Source: the human T2T-CHM13v2.0 reference genome, Homo sapiens
Direction: 5' to 3'
DNA length: 64,000 bases
Assembly: GCA_009914755.4 (NCBI GenBank)
Contig: CP086569.2
Span: forward strand, 22,784,001 to 22,848,000
Of the stretch, positions 24,056-40,840 are shown piece by piece. Both the position numbers and the translations under genes were made by a program. Within the stretch, counting starts at the first letter, position 1; every line of letters starts with the position of its first letter. Below the pieces are notes generated by a model. That model searched no databases. It was given only the letters and a program-made list of their open reading frames with translations, and was not told where the DNA came from.

Positions 24056-27000
24056 ACAATATTCTAATGTTTATTGCCAAGTAGAGTTCTTCTTTATAAA
24101 GGTGATATCACCTATAATTAGAAAATACAAATTAAGAGGAAAAAACACTAGGGTTTTGCTTTTGACATATTAAATATTAAGATGAAAAAGAGACTGAGAT
24201 GCTATCACCAGCTTACAGTAAGACCAGACAGAAAATTTTGAGAGGCCACCAATACTTGAACAGATCATACATTTTGCAGTTAATTTCAATCCTTCAGTTC
24301 TGATAGTTTTGTTTGTTTATGTCCAGTAACTGAGTTCCATATGTCCAGAACTGAGTTCTACACCTGCAGCTTTTACCAGCTCTATGCTCAACAAAGAAAG
24401 TATGGTAGTCTGACTTTATTTGCATTGGGTGAAATTATTTCTTTTGTGTTATTCACCTTTTTTAAGTGCTCACAAATATTTCATTCTTCAGATCTTACCT
24501 GGGATTGACTGAAAGCTCATCTGTCTGTAGTTTGTGCAATAAGCCTTATTTTCAACTGGGAATGTTTTGTTAATTGACAAAAATAGATATGCCAGGAATC
24601 TTCGTTCATTAAAAAATGTGCCTCCATATTCTTTAATATTGTTTTCTCCCTTCTTTAGATTTGAATTGTTTGATTCTAACCTCTGCCTACCTTACTCTTC
24701 TTTTGGCAATAATGAAAAAGTAAGTTAATCAAGAGAGACAGAAAAAAAAATAAGGAGCAACATTTTGGCAGAGAGTTTATCACTTCCCTACCTCAATTTC
24801 CTCTACTGCTATTTCCTCTTTCTCAGGATACATACAAAATAAATGTAGTTTTTACCTCTCTATGGCCTTCCAGATTGCCAGCAGAGGGAGGTAATACCTA
24901 GAGCCTTTAACTTTCCTTAGAGTAGTCAGTGCTAATAGAGTGGCCCTGTTACTATGTAAGGGAACTTCCCCAACATTTGTGGGCATGCTGCATAAGTCAC
25001 CCTTTATTAAAGGACTCTTAGATGACTTTGTCTGTAGGAGCCATCTGCTTTCTGCCTGGATCCCAACTGCTGCTGACAGATGCACAGATTATTTTGGATG
25101 TTGGGGATGTCATCAACAGGTAGACCAGACAGAGAGCTCCTTCTGTTCATGGTATAGGAGAGAAACAGCTATTTAGGTTAATCTGAGGATTTGAAAGAGT
25201 TCTTTTACTTGGAGTAGGACTCCAAGAGTAATAACGTTTGCAATAAAATGCACTAAATACTTTTGTTCTGAAATTTGAGTGTTAGGACTACTCTGAGATC
25301 ATTAAATAGAATTAATATTATATTTATTGCATGAGTACCAAGAAAAGAAACAACAATGTAAAAGCTGTTTAAATGTTTCTGTTAAATGAAATAAGAAAAC
25401 TTAAGGTAGATAATGACTAGGATTTCTTTTGGCCTTCTTATATCTGGCTCCACTGGCTCATGAAATTGTGGTATTTCAGAAAGAACTGCAGAAAGCAGGA
25501 AATGCTATCATAGCTGAGCATGAGGAGTTCAAAAATCACAGGCCAGCTCTGCAGTACAACTGCAAGATGCAGTGAGTCTTGCTCCTTGCCAGTTCCACTT
25601 TGATACAAATACACTTCTTCAGTATGTAAACTTGGCCCAAGTCACACCTGTGCAAATCAGATTTATTTTAATATCAAACATTACTCCCCCATATAGTAAA
25701 GTTTCTCTTTGTCATCTGAGAAAATTCTCTAGTGATAATATGATCTTATATTCATAATAGCAATAACATGGAGAAGAAAGCAAACACACCTAAATGTAAA
25801 ATTTTCAGAGTGCCAGATTTTTTCCACTGTTATCTCTGGATTCTCACCCTAAGGATTACAAACATTCACCGTGTCTTCTGCCCACATGCCCTAGAATGTT
25901 TTGATATGACTGAAAAAGATGGTGAAATCTGTTAAACCCACCTAGTTTGTGTTCTGTTTGTCATTTTTAAAATAGGGACCCTGTTGTTTACTGGCATAAA
26001 TATTCTCAATTAAAAGAGTACAAACAGGATAAGAAAACGTCTCCTTGTGAAGCAAGCCGTGATTTGTTTTGCAATAATTTCTTTTCTGATTCTGAATCTT
26101 TTCAGAATGAGCATTCTGGGTGGCTGAAGGCCCAGATACTAGATTACAAACTTCCGTAAAAAGTTAAGTATTCAGGTGACCGATTTTGTATTGCAACTGA
26201 AGCAAACTCAGACAGGTTAGAGACATTTTAAATCTATGAATATTTTTCTGTGTGTAAAGCTTCTGATGCTTGTGAAAATGTAATGACCCTAATTTATTGA
26301 ATATTAAGTAATTGTTATGTTAGAGGAAAAGCCACAGAAACATGTGTCATCTTAGAAGTAAAACTCCCTATCCACTTTGGTAATACCATCTGGATCATCA
26401 GCAAAAGTCACTTGTTTCATAGGTGCCTCATGGCTTGGGAGAGCCTTGTGTCTCAAATGGGAAAGGCGTGGTGGTGACATAGAAGTCTCCAGGTTTATCT
26501 TAGAAATTTCTTTTCTATTTGTTACCTCAATGTTAACAGCAGTTCAGTAATTTTATGGATTCCTTGATAGATATATGCACACACGGGAGGAGCAAGGCGG
26601 TTTAGCAAAGAGAACATTGCTCTCAGAATCAGACAACTGTTCTTTTGGATCCCTGTTTTGAAGTTAGTTGTTTAATCTTGGACATGTTACCTTAACTTCA
26701 TTGGGCCTCAGTTTCCTCATTTTTAATGGGGAAAATAATGCCTATTGAGCCATGATGAAAGTGATGAAAGGAGATGGGTTACAACGCAGTGCCTGGGACA
26801 TAAGAAAACACTCAATAAGTGGTGATTGGTATGATTGGTATGATTTTATTATTGTGTGTTCACTGTGGATACATCTGTGCCCCTTCCTACTTCATAATAA
26901 GGATATTGAAGCTTAGATGCTTTCTTCTTCAGTTGCTTTCAAGCTCAAAGAAAGTGTGTTTGTGTTACCAGTTAACTGGTTTCTCAAACTTGTTCTGACC

Positions 27001-27442
27001 CTTCCTCGTTCCCCTTTGCACTTTTTCCTCATAAGTTCCTTGCTCTCTTCTACCAGCACTTGACTTATTTTTAACTCTTTACACATTTCTTCTCCTTTCT
27101 GGTCTCATTTTCCTTTCAGTTCTGTTTGTGAAACTTCTCACAGCTGAAACCATAGTCTCATGTTAATAAAAATAGTTGAATGGGAATAGAACTTTTGCAC
27201 TTGCATGCAATGAGGAGGGCAAGCTTCTTTCTCACAGCTTCATTGGAAGGCATTTCAGGACAGTGAGACACAGGCACTGGCTTTGCCTTAGGAAAGTGCA
27301 GTAGCTCTTGAACCTGCTAACGGTGTGACCCAGGGTCAATAAGCTTTAGTCTCCCATCTATAAAACGGAAGCTGTGAGAATTCCTTGACCACAGTGTTTT
27401 TGTGAATGCAGGTTCTTACTTTTTGTCTGAAACTCATGCCGT

Positions 27443-27479
27443 ATGCTGTGGATTTCACAGCACACGAAATCCACAGCAT
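27443..27479. other. perfect 14-bp inverted repeat with 9-nt spacer (hairpin-capable palindrome): atgctgtggatttc-acagcacac-gaaatccacagcat
   Basis: Direct reading. The arms are exact reverse complements and the pairing does not extend beyond 14 bp. Confidence 0.6.
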
Positions 27480-29465
27480 GTGAATTCTGTAGGACCTGCT
27501 GTAGTGAAATGCATTAGTTATTTTCCAGTCAACTGTATGAATATTCATGCCGGGGCAAATAAAGATAATAAATGGGTTCACGTCATTTCAGGTCATAGTA
27601 TTTAACCAAATGAGTTCATGTCTGGCTAGGCTATGCCCCTAAGTTATGAATAAATTTTCAATTTTCAGAGCTGTGGGGATGTGGAAATTGTGCATAATGG
27701 ATTCTGAAGTTGTACCGTGTTACAAAAGACACATGAAGCTGTAGCTGGTACAATAAGCCCTCAATAAATATTAGTGGTTATCACTACCATGGCATCAGAA
27801 ACTGTTTAATGTGGAAGTTTGTCCTTATTATTGCTCTCTTCAACTTTTCAAAACAGTAATATTCTCAATTACATGAATTTTCTTCTCTTCTGTGTCCACT
27901 CACTTTTGAAATTAGCATTTTGTACTCTGCAGCCCTAGAGAATAAAGTGTACTGTAATCCAAAGCAGCATCTGATCCATCATTCTGTCAGTGGATTAATA
28001 AGTGGCAATATGGTGCCTTGCAATGGTGCTATACATCAGGATTTCTTGAACGATTCTCTTAAACAGAAAAGAGGTATGGTAACATCAAGGATCCCAAATT
28101 TTCCAAATGGAGCTGTGGAGGGTAGTCCTTCCAATTCTGACCTTGAGTTTGTAGTTAATACTAAGCAAGGGTCAAAGAGCTTAAGCAAGAGGCAAAGAGC
28201 TTAAGTAAGAGGACAGACCCTTGGAAAAGGCTTTCAGAAGTTGCTATCTGAGAGTCGTTAACATCATACCAAAAGCCCACTACCAGCAAAGAGCTCACCA
28301 TCTCTGCACTTGCTGAAAGCTTTCAAAAACATTACTTCCAGTTCTCTAGAAAGCCATATATTTGCAGAGGACAGAGTTGTCTCTGAGCAGCCTCAAGTGA
28401 AAAAACTTAAAGATTAAAGGAATGGCACCTGGAAGCACTCATGGGCAGTGCAGTGTTGAGGCTACACAGTGGCATTTCCTCCAGACAAGTCTTCTCTACC
28501 CCTTTTCCGAAAGCAAAAAGGAACCTTAAAGTGAAATGTATCTGGAAGGTTAGCCACCTGGACAAAGCGTTGTGTGCTGCTCTGGAGTTGGGTAGCTACC
28601 CTCCATCTCTCCACCCATGATAGAGGGTTGCTGTGAGAGTCAGCAGGACAGACTGGCAAGGTCTAGTGTCTCCTTTACACACAGAGGTGTTTAGATACTA
28701 AGAGCTGTCTTTCCTTTGCTGCCTGTTACTTTCATGCATTTTATTATTGCCAGTGCAATTAACTTAGGTGTTTGAATCATTAGTTTTGTGGATCTTATGC
28801 ATCATAATTTGCTATTTGCAAGGATAACAATTTATTTTTGAACTAATAGAGCTCTTTAGAAACCGCTTGGTATCTTCATGCACCTGGTAATATTCTTGCC
28901 TTGGTTCCTTCTGAACCTTAGGTCTGGACAGATTACATGTGGGTTCCCCAGTCCTTGTTCTGACAGAATGCCCCAGCAGTCACCCACTGAGTCAAGGCAC
29001 AGCCTCTCCAACCCTCCAGACCAAAAGTTTCGGTAAGTACAACTTTCTGATTGATTAGCTTCAGCTGAATCACGTTACTTACTCTGTCAGCCTTCACTTA
29101 TTTTGTTCGTTTTTTTTTTTTTTTAGGTTAATTTTGCAGACCATTTGGCAGTATAGAAGTTAGAATCAGATTGCAAAATGATGTGTGATATTTGAGAATC
29201 ATCTAAATTATGAAGAGAAAAAAGGATGGCTTTTAGCAAATAAGTGGATAATGCATATTTGCTAAACTGGACATGTAGAACATGAGATATGGTATAAATA
29301 AGCATCTTCATAGTTCTGTCAATAGACTCAGTTTATTAAGATAAAAACAAATGTACAAAATATGTGAAAGCAAACAAATGGAGGTTATTTCTAAACTTGG
29401 AAAAATTATACACATCATTAAAAAGTCATTTAAAATATTTTGGCATTGAAATATAAACAGATACA

Positions 29466-30044
<579 letters not shown>

Positions 30045-30362
30045 CGTCTCTTCTTCTCTGAAACATTAATTATGACTATGTTTCCCAATGCTTGTATTTA
30101 GTAAGATTTGAAGCTTACTGTTTTTTTTTTGTCTTTTCAATGCAGCTACAAGGCTACAAGCTATGCAAGGCTAAAGTTATGCTAACTCAACAGTTATGCT
30201 ATAAATTATGTAACCTGTCATTGTCAAATTAGCTTCTGTAGTTCTGCTTTTGTAATTTGGCTTACAAATATCCCCCTCAGTCTTTGTTCAATGCTCAGCA
30301 TTTTTGGATATAAGTCTGCTGAGCCAGGGCACCTAAATACATCCTCCTATTTCCCCATATGA
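30045..30362 (+). mobile_element. ERV LTR copy 1 (about 320 bp; family not identified)
   Basis: About 85% identical over about 310 bp to 35184-35491. Shared strings include 'ctctgaaRcattaattatgactatgtttMccaatgcttgtattt...cagtctttRttcaatRctcagcMtttttggatataag...cacctaaataMatcctcctRtttccccatat'. Confidence 0.6.
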
Positions 30363-33300
30363 ATCTCTGTGGTCCTCTGCTTCCCACAGCATTATTGGCC
30401 AGTCAGCCAGGAGTGGAGATGACAGGTTTCCTGTCTCCTTTGCCCCTGGGGCTTAAGCCCTGGGTCTCAGGAGTCCTGTGACCCAAGGAGCACCACTGGG
30501 AGAACTTCAGCCTGGAGGGGAGATCAGCCATTTTGTGACCTCGTGCCCCTACCAAGCAGTGCAATGGTACCTAATGGGTTATAGGACGATTCCAGGAACA
30601 GCTCACTTCAGAAACCACAGTAAGGTATTGGGACCCAAGGCAGGACACATCCCACAAGGACCAAAAGGGAGCCTAATCACCTCCTAGGTTATAACCGGTA
30701 ATCCAACCCAGAGGTGCTGCAGGCCGCAAGAGTGGTTCACCAATTCAGAAGAAACTTATACCTCAACCAACACAGCATGTGACAGTGGCTCACTAAATCA
30801 GCTCAGAAGGAAACTGGAGGTGGTGAAAGTGACTCGCCACCCCAACCAGGAACATGAGAACTGGTAGAAGGATGATGTGTGAGTGGTGAGGCCTAACTAG
30901 GCTAATCGGCCATAAAGTGAGGAACCACAAGTCTCTTAGTGAAGAATGTGTTCCAAGCCAAGTGTGGGGCTGATCAAGACTAGTGGTGATCCACATATGG
31001 CTAAAAGAAGCTACCCCACAACTTCAGCAATTGTGTTGGGCTTAAGAAACTCTCCAAAGCTAAGTAGTATCTAAAAACCCCCATAATAGGAGATGGTCTA
31101 ACTGGCTGGAAACAAAGGTAAAAAGTGAGCACGAGTACACTGCATCATAACTGAAAAGAAATGGGAAGAGAGTTGTCACAACATACATCATTCAAATATA
31201 TGCTAAAAAAAACTTTAAGAAAGGGTTTACAGGAAACTATAAAATTAAGCTAACCCTGCAAAGGTAAAAAGCTCTCTGTAAACTAAAATGGCCCCCTTTT
31301 GGTATTAAATAGGTGACCCAAAAAACTATACACATAGAAAGAATTGGTCATGAGTTTGAGGTAATGACAGGGGTCTGAGTATAGCCAGGGTACCCAGACC
31401 AATTTTCTTATATTAACTCATAATTAAATATAATACAAACAAGAACAACATGAATCCAGCCCTGCTTCACAGCTTATTGCAAAACACTTGTAGCGCAGGC
31501 CGAGCCAAAAGTGAAAATAGAAGCAGCTTCACCAGCAAACACTGAGTTAAAAGGAAAGTCCCAAGGACAGAAAGGAAACCCAGTTTTAAAAAACTACAAA
31601 AGGAAAAAAAAATTCTCCTCCATTTTTCATAGCCTACCTCCCTTTGCTGAGGCAAACAGCCCCCCAGGAGCTAGGTTCCATTGCCAGTACACCCCAGGTT
31701 TCACCCCAGAGGGAAGAATTGGAGCCTTGAGAGGCCAGTGATGGAATTCAGGATAGTGAACCAGGCTGCCTCAAATCTGATCATGGTCAAGCTATGTAAA
31801 TACCTCTCAGGGAAATGCAAGGACTCATCTGTTATAATGACCAGTGCCACATCCTGGTGTGGGGGGCAGCAAACCTTCCTCTATCAGCCCTTTTCAACCA
31901 CTAATCTCCTAAATGTAAATCAACACACTAACTCCTACAAGGAAAAGCCCCAAGCTCTCATAAATCTAACACAGTCCACCTTTCTAACACACAATCCAAC
32001 CTGGCTAAATTGAAGATAACTTATCTTAACATTGTTTAACATGGAGGAGTGCCAGAGGATAACTCAGGCATCCCATCAAGGGCTAGAAGCCAATGCACCA
32101 GCTGCAAAAAGTACATGGTTTTGCAGGCACGAATACAACCCAGCTTACAGAAATGGCCACCAAAATGTAGGTTAACCATCACCAGGAAGCAAAGAAAAAA
32201 AAAAAAGCAAATCAGAGGTTTAAAAAAGGCCAATCTCTTAGCAGCAGCTCTCATTAAAAAAATGACTAGCAATATACAAGAATGTGGATGTGCACGTGCA
32301 TGTGAAAGATGTCAATTTAGTCAAAAATTTAAAAGCCAGCCGAGGCTAGAGAGAAAACAATGTGTGTGATGGAAAAGAAAAATACTGAAAGAATAAATGT
32401 CCAGAAGGTAATAAAAAGTATAATCAAGACTGTGGTATAAAAGAGTCCAGCTAAGGGCTGCCTCACTGTGGGAAAACCAAATACGAATCTAAACAGGCTG
32501 GCCGGCACTAAAGGATATGGGTACTAGGACAGACCAGGCTTTTTCTTATTACAACTCCATTGGCCCATGGTCACATTAAAAGTTGAAGGCCAGCTGATGG
32601 ACTTTATGTAAACACCAGGGCTACACATTCAGTACTGACTCAACCCATAGGGCCACTATCTGAAGCTATAAAACTATTATAAAAGCCACAGGAATCTCAG
32701 AGAAAAAAGCTGTTCTGGTAAGGAGGTGTGTCATCAAAGGATGGGAAGTTCAACATAAATTCCTATACCTCCTGAATTGTCCAGTTCCCTTGTTAAGAAA
32801 AAAAAAAATTACTCCAAAAACTGAAAGCACCAATTACATTTCAGCTGCAAAAAAAAAAAAAACAACAACTTTTTTTCTGACTCTCCAAAAAAGCATGGTG
32901 CTAACCCTTATCATCCTGCAGGCTAAGGAATGGAAACTTTATACAAAGAAAGTGCAAGCAGCAAATTAGAATTGCAGGTGGGATAAAAAAAAATTATTTC
33001 ACTTAGTTAATAACATTTCTGGAGTATGGGTTAAAGGCAACCCACTTGGATTAGCTGTACATCATGCACAGGTGGTAGTCATGTTAAAACCAAAAGAAAC
33101 TCCGACTTGGGTTCATCAGTACCCAGTCCCCTGAGAAGCTATTCCAGGTATCTGTAAATATTTAAACTGGCCTTACCAACATGAAGTCTTAGTTCGATGT
33201 CAATTGCTCTAAAACACTCCACTTTTGGAACATGTGTATTTTAATAAATCTCATTCCAGCAAGTGCTACCTGATTTGCAGTCCTAAATTTAAAGAATGTA

Positions 33301-35183
33301 TTCTTTTATATCTGCTTAGCCCCAGTTAGTCACCCTATATTTGCATTTCAATAAAACAAATAAGTTGTTCAACTCACCTGGGCCAGGCTCCCGCAAGTTC
33401 AAAGACTCTCCTACAGTCTTTAGGGAAGCACTGACCTTGAAGCCTACAACCTGCCAAATGTTAACTGTGCCTTGTTGCAGTATGTGGATGACCTTCCTCT
33501 AGCAGCCCCAACCCAGGAGGACTGTTATCAAAAAACTCAAGACCTCCTCCATCTCCTATGAAAAACAGGCTAAAATTATCTTTTAAAAAAGGACCAATTA
33601 TTCTTAAAAATGTCAAATATGTAGGTTTCATAGTAAGCCATGTGGAATGCCAGCTTGGCCATAAGCAGAAACAGGCCGTTTGTACACTCCTGACACAAAC
33701 CACTAGGCATTACATTAAAAAATTCTTAAAAGAAGAAAAATTCCACCATATCTAAATCATAAATTTTTCACTGATGGCTAAGCCATTATATAATATTACA
33801 AAAGGGGTAAAAACGAAACCCTCCTCTGGCAAACTAAACAGCAAATATCATTTAAAAAAATCAAAAAAACCCTTAACTCAAGTCCCAGCCTTTGGTCTGC
33901 CAAATGTAACTTAGCCTTTCTTTCTGTACCTGCATAAATGAAAAGAAATGGCTATGTGGTTCTTAACTGAAATTATAAAATTATAGCATTGTCCAGTCAA
34001 ATACTAATCTAAACAATTAGACTCTGTGGCACTAGGATGGCCTCCTTGCCTTAAGGCATTAGCCACCACTGCCTTGCTAATGCAAGAGGATAACACACTT
34101 ACTTTGAGACAGCAGCTAACAGTCCATGTGCCACACTCAGTCAAAACTTTGATGAACAAATAAGCCATCATTAGTTGTCAAATCTGAGAATAACGCAGTA
34201 CCAAGGACTTCTATATGAAAACCCTTACATTACTTAAAATACAGCAAACAACTTAAGCCCAACCACCCTGCTCCCAGTCAAATTTGATGCTCCCCTCCAT
34301 AACTGTGTCTAAACAGTGGATCACGTATTTGCTGAACCAGGAGATCTTACAGATCAATCCCTCAAAAACCCAGATGTTGAATACTTCATAACTGAAAGAG
34401 TTTTGAGCTAGAAAAAAATCCAACAAGCCGAGTATGCAGTGGTAACATTAAACTCAATGATAGAAGCTCAATCTTTGCCTACTGGAACATGAGACCAAAA
34501 GGCAAAATTAATAGACCGAACAAGAGCCCTTTTGCTGCAAAAGAAAAAAAGGTCAATATTTAAACACATTCTAAATATGCTTTTACCACACTACATGTTC
34601 ATAGAACTATATATAAAAAGAAAATTTCTTAACAACTGGAGGCAAATAAATAAAGTGGACAGAAAAAATCCTACAGCTCTTAGCAGCTGTATATGCTCCA
34701 GAAAAAGTGGCAATAGTGCATTATCTGGAACACCAAAAGGCAGGGAAGTCAAAAGCCAAAAGAAACAGGAAAGCTAACACTTTCCCCACATAACCTTGAT
34801 ATAAAAAAGCACCCAAAAAATGATGCCCACCCTCTACTCATACTACATAGCCCCAAAACAACATAGCCAGGCCCACTGCTACTCAGTTAATAGCTCTAAC
34901 TAAATGTCAACCTGTGCCAAAAGAAGAAAACATGCTTTCCCATAAAGAATAAAATGATACTAATGCCTTCGATTAAATTTATCCTATAAAATGATTTTTT
35001 AAAAAAACAGAAAAATTTGGCAAGACAAGGGTTCAAATGAAAAGAAAACATGTTTTTCTCTGTGTAGCTATCTCACTCCAAGACAGTTATAAAATAACAC
35101 TGTCTAAAAAGTTGAGGCCAAGGGAATGGGTCACAAATACCCTACACTGAAGCAAAGTTCAAAAGGAAAGCAAATTACTTTAC
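30363..35183 (+). mobile_element. gammaretrovirus-like (class I, ERV1) internal region, internally deleted; pol RT remnant at about 33380-33700
   Basis: Plus-strand translations around 33381-33560 read 'QLTWARLPQVQRLSY', 'FKDSPTVFREAL' (+1 frameshift) and '[29 protein letters not shown]'. These are colinear with MLV RT '[22 protein letters not shown]...[27 protein letters not shown]'. Downstream 'NVKYVGFIVS' matches 'QVKYLGYLL'. A PPT 'aaaaggaaagcaaa' lies at 35161-35174, immediately 5' of LTR copy 2. Confidence 0.65.
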
Positions 35184-35491
35184 TGTCTCTCCTTCTCTGA
35201 AGCATTAATTATGACTATGTTTACCAATGCTTGTATTTCGTAAAATCTGTATGTTCCTGTTTCTCTTTCAACCTAGCTGCAAAACCCAGCTATGCAAGGC
35301 AAGAAGTTATGCAAGTCAACAATTATGCTGTAAATTACATAACTGTTCATTGTATAATTAGTTGCTTTAGGTCTGCTTCTGTAAGTTTGCTCATAAAAAC
35401 CCTGCTCAGTCTTTATTCAATACTCAGCCTTTTTGGATATAAGCTCACTGAGCTGGTGCACCTAAATAAATCCTCCTGTTTCCCCATATCA
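35184..35491 (+). mobile_element. ERV LTR copy 2 (3' LTR of the ERV1 provirus remnant)
   Basis: See copy 1. It begins 'tgtctctcc' directly after the PPT and ends '...ccccatatca'. Confidence 0.6.
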
Positions 35492-35545
35492 GCCTCACTC
35501 ATACTCTGTTTCCATCAACACCAGTCATATTTCCAAAGTTTTTAT

Positions 35546-35705
35546 CTTTTTTTGAGACAGAGTCTTGCTCTGTCACCCAGGCTGGGGTGCAGTCTCACCT
35601 TACCGCAGCCAGTGCCTCCTGGGATGAAGGAATTCTCCTGCCTCAGCCTCCTGAATAGCTGGGACTCCACACACACCACCATGCTTGACTAATTTTTGTA
35701 TTTTT
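35546..35705 (-). mobile_element. Alu right-arm half (reverse complement), ending exactly at the A-rich linker 'taatttttgtattttt'
   Basis: 'ttttgagacagagtcttgctctgtcacccaggctggggtgcag...ctcctgcctcagcctcctgaatagctgggactccacacacaccaccatgcttgactaatttttgtattttt'. Confidence 0.75.
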
Positions 35706-38912
<3,207 letters not shown>

Positions 38913-39517
38913 CCAGTGTGGTTTCTTTTTCTGTGTCAGGTGTTCTCAGTGTTCAGCTCTGACTCATGAGTGAGGAAATGTAGTGTTTGGTTTTCTGTTC
39001 CTGTGTTACTTTGCTGAGGATGATGGTTCCATCTTTATCCATGTCCTTGCAAGAGACATGATCTAATTGCTTTTTGAAGCTGCAAAGTATTTCATTGTGT
39101 ATATGTACTACATTTTATGTATCTAGTTGATAATGTTCTCTGAGTAAAGTCGGCATTTGAGTTGATTCTATGTGTTTGCTGCTGTTAATTGTACTGCAAT
39201 AAACATACACGTGCAGGTATCTTTCAAATATGAAACATTTGTATTTTGGGGGTAGATAGCCAGTAATGACATTGCTCGGTCAATGTTGTTTCTAGATCCT
39301 TGAACAAATTACCACGCTGTCTTCCACAGTGTGGACACTAATTTACTTTCCCACCAACAGTTTAGAAGTCTTCCTGTCTCTCCACAGACTTTCCAGCATC
39401 TGTTATTTCTTGACGTTTTAATAGTCACCATTCTGACAGGCCTGAGGTGGTATCTCATTGTGATTCTGATTTGTATTTCTCTACTGATTAATGATGTTGC
39501 CCTTTCTGAGTTAAAAA
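38913..39517 (-). mobile_element. older L1 (L1PB/L1MA-like) ORF2 C-terminal fragment abutting the 5' end of L1 #1
   Basis: 'gtgaggaaatgtagtgtttggttttctgttcctgtgttactttgctgaggatgatggttccatctttatccatgtccttgcaagagacatgatc...ctgcaataaacatacacgtgcaggtatctttc...ccaccaacagtttagaagtcttcctgtctctccacagactttccagcatctgttatttcttgacgttttaatagtcaccattctgacaggcctgaggtggtatctcattgtgattctgatttgtatttctc' is antisense L1 ORF2-end sequence with high divergence. Confidence 0.65.
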
Positions 39518-40812
39518 AAAACCTTTTAAGAGAAAATAGGTCAAGAAAAAAATCAAGATGATTACTCAAAGACACCACATACAGGGTTTAATTAGATAGA
39601 TTTGATAACAAACATTTATAAGGCCATGAGCAATAGTGTTAGTGCCAAAGCTAAGAACTCTTTAGAATAAGATTAGCTCCTGTTTTACAGTACATGTGTC
39701 ATATCCCTCTGAAGTTTGAAGGACCAATAACTCTTTTCTTACTCTAACCTGGTCTTCCAGTATTAGCTCTTCAATAGCCATTTCACCTGAGTTTTTAACA
39801 CTATTCTGAAAGAAAAATATTATTTGCCCAATTTATAAGATGGAGATACAAAGGGGCTGGAAAGTAGAACAGGAAACAGTTGGTGAAAAATCAGCACTTC
39901 TGTAAAATTTCCACCAACCTTTCTTTTCAAGTGGTTTCTTATTTCTTCTTCAGAACACTCCAGAATAGGAAATTTTAAAGTATTTTCATTGACAAGACAC
40001 AAAGATATTTGCTCTCATTTTAGGCTGTTTCAATTTTTATGTCTTCAGATTTACTGAAGCTCAATCTGTTGTTAAAGTTATTTAATAGTTTTTTTTTAAT
40101 CCAAGTAATTGTGCTTCTTATCTCTAGATTTTTCAGGTTTTCTTTTTTAATTTGTCTTCTGGAAGGACTTTTTTAAGGAGTCAGAGGGACCGATGGGGTT
40201 GAGGAGGATACTTATTATGTAGATGCACCGGCCCACTCAGATTAACCTCTGAAGGACTGAGCCCTGAACAAAGAGTTAAGTTACCTTTTAAGCATTCTGC
40301 CTTTTCCCATCAGGCAATACAAGACTTTCCAATTATGGAGATTTGCAACAAGCAAACACTGGCTGAGACTGCTGGCTTTATTGGTAGGGTTTGGCGAAGT
40401 GAAGTTATCTTGTGGCATTAATTCCTTTGCCCCCCCATGGCCACTGGTCCCCCGTATTAGTTCCTACACTTACATAGCATGAGGAAATTCCTCAGCCGCC
40501 AGCTATGTTTTCAGCTAGTTGAACAAACACATTTTTGGTTGATGGGGAAAGCTCAGGCATTGACTGATCAAAATGCTTACTTCTAGCCTTTTTGACAGTT
40601 AGTAGCAGAATTCCAGAGCCAGCTCCTTGTCTATCAACTTGTAATAGTGCTGTGCATCCTTTAGACCAAAAAGGTAGCTCTGGCTTTAAGGAGCTGTGTT
40701 AGTATAGATCACTGAATGTTACAGTCTGGGTATCCGATTTGTGGTCTCCATCTAGATATTTGAGACTGCTGCTGTTAAACCTTTCTTGTGTCAAACCACC
40801 GCGGACTGCTTC

Positions 40813-40840
40813 TGTTTCTGTTTTGTTTTGTTTTGTTTTA
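40813..40840. repeat. (GTTTT)n
   Basis: 'gtttctgttttgttttgttttgtttta'. Confidence 0.7.

Noticed and set aside
30363-30385. Primer-binding site (tRNA-Glu-like 'tggtcctctgcttccc') 3' of the first ERV1 LTR
   Set aside because: Only about 10/17 matches to the Glu primer-binding-site sequence as I remember it, and the LTR 3' boundary itself is uncertain. That is too weak to report as a feature.
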